A DNA stretch of 64,000 nucleotides, taken from assembly GCF_009914755.1 (NCBI RefSeq), contig NC_060925.1, one strand, 5' to 3'. Positions within the stretch are counted from its first letter, which is position 1. Each line of letters opens with the position of its first letter. Shown one piece after another: positions 62,396 through 64,000 of this stretch. Origin of the DNA: the human T2T-CHM13v2.0 reference genome, Homo sapiens. The translations under genes were made by a program, and so were the position numbers. The notes under the pieces were generated by a model. It was not told where the DNA came from. It did no database searches and was given only the letters and a program-made list of their open reading frames with translations.

Positions 62396-64000
62396 CGCGT
62401 CTGCCAGGCCGCAGGCAGGGTGTGAGGCCGGCTGTGAAAGGCGCCCTGAGAACTCCTTGGAGGACGTGCTCATTGCAGGTTGCTCCTCGTTTCTGAGATT
62501 GATGTCACTACCAGCCCCGTCTTATGGACAATGACTCAGGGACCTGGTGATGGTGATGGGGCTGGACCAGGTTCATGGGCTGTACCTCCCATGTTCCTTT
62601 CTCTATTGTGAGTGGCTGGATGGGGCTAGAGAGGGGCAGGCACAGCCATGGACCACCACAGCATCGTACCCAGGAGGAGGATGTGGTCACTGGGCCTTCA
62701 CAGCACTGCTCTGGGCATGGGCGACTGAAGTAGAGAGCTCACCCTGGCACCCCATCTGCTCAGGCTGACCCAGCCCCTCCTGGGGCGGCCCCACTGACTC
62801 TCCTTGGCTGGTTCTGTCCCTGCAGAGTCTTTGAGTTTATCCAAGTGTCTCTCCTATGAGTGTACCCAGCAGGTGAAGGCCGGGCAGGAGGAGGGGAGGC
62901 AGCCAGCCAGTGGCTGCCTTGTAACCCACTATAGGCTCATTAGAGCTGCTTTTGAATCCATCACCTTCAGAGAAAGGCAAACTCCAGGGCAGGAGTACCC
63001 AGGAACCATCTATCACTCAAGGGCTCCTCACATGGGGAAGCTGCAGTTCTGTCCCTGATTTGCTGATGAATCATTGAAATTTTCCTCAACACTGATTTCT
63101 GCCAAACACCCCACCAGCACCCCTACCCCGAACTCATAGTACCTGCATCTCCTGTGCCAAATCTAGGCCTTGCAGAGAACCAGCAGCGGGGCTGGCAGGC
63201 TCTCTATCCAGGCCAATGTGCCCATTCACACACTGAAAAGGAATCACATAAGGCCACCTGGATCTCATCCTCCCCACCCTGAATGTGTGAATATCTCATC
63301 GGCTGCTTGTGTTGAGAGATCAAGATAGTCTCTGAAATGTGGTACAGCAGCCCGAGCAGAGGAGTGAGGCTTCCTGGAAGGAGGAGGGGGGATTAGTACA
63401 CGATTCTCCGCACCTGCCCACTCACTGCTGCCCCTTGTTGCCCACACCTCCCTCCTGGAGGGGCTTGGAACCGAATGCTTTAATATGGCCATGCCGGTGC
63501 TTTGGCTACTGGAGACTGCTGCCCGGGCCTCTTTCCCAGCACAATCTCGGTTGCAGCCAGACCCCTTCTGGTGGCTGTTAGCTGGTACCGTGTGCATTCA
63601 CAGACGCTGGAAACCGGGGGGAAGTCAATGAACGCTGTGTGTGTGCATTTTTCCTTTACAAAGCATATTTTCTCCCCATTCTTTGCAGCCCTGAAAGTCT
63701 CAGGAAATGAGAAAGTTGAGTCACAAAGAAGTAAGCTGTTAACCAGCTAGTTAAGAAACATGAGCTGAGCTCAAGGTTGATTGATACCAAATCACTCCCT
63801 TCCCCTGAGAGAGAGGAGCCTAAAATCTCTGGGCAGAGCAGACAGAAAGGGGTGCATACGTGGGGCCTGGTAAAAGGTTTTAAGAACAAATATATCCCCT
63901 CAGCCAGTGCCTGTGTTCCCTCAACCTAACGGCTCGCAAATGGCTGCAGGGGTGGAGTGAACACCCTTTGCCTTAAGACGGTTCATCCCACCAGGGACCA

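Overview
GC-rich primate (most likely human or hominoid) non-coding DNA. I could not identify the locus and found no supportable protein-coding exon, RNA gene or CRISPR array; the ORFs I could trace are repeat-derived or chance. All repeat calls are from recalled consensus sequences, not a database search. The window is dense in transposable-element relics: five minus-strand Alus with target-site duplications (TSDs), many MIR and L2 fragments, and old L1M mosaics (12.3-16.2 kb, 38.1-39.4 kb). LTR elements include a solo MER52 LTR, an ERVL provirus remnant split by a MER66-like LTR and an Alu, a two-LTR THE1D/MSTA element carrying an LTR8, a solo LTR10, and a THE1B nested in MLT1A. There is an orphan CpG island (~45.3-45.7 kb) with a solo Made1/Hsmar1 inverted terminal repeat at its edge, and several AT-rich, motif-dense blocks that look like enhancers. 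The most unusual signal is repeated local self-copying. It comprises a perfect 95-bp-arm palindrome (55.7-56.0 kb), three dispersed inverted copies of nearby DNA (~178 bp, ~254 bp and 46 bp, with partners 0.9-2.5 kb away) and two short direct copies placed at junctions. These resemble fossil template-switch or templated-insertion repair scars rather than a new gene system.
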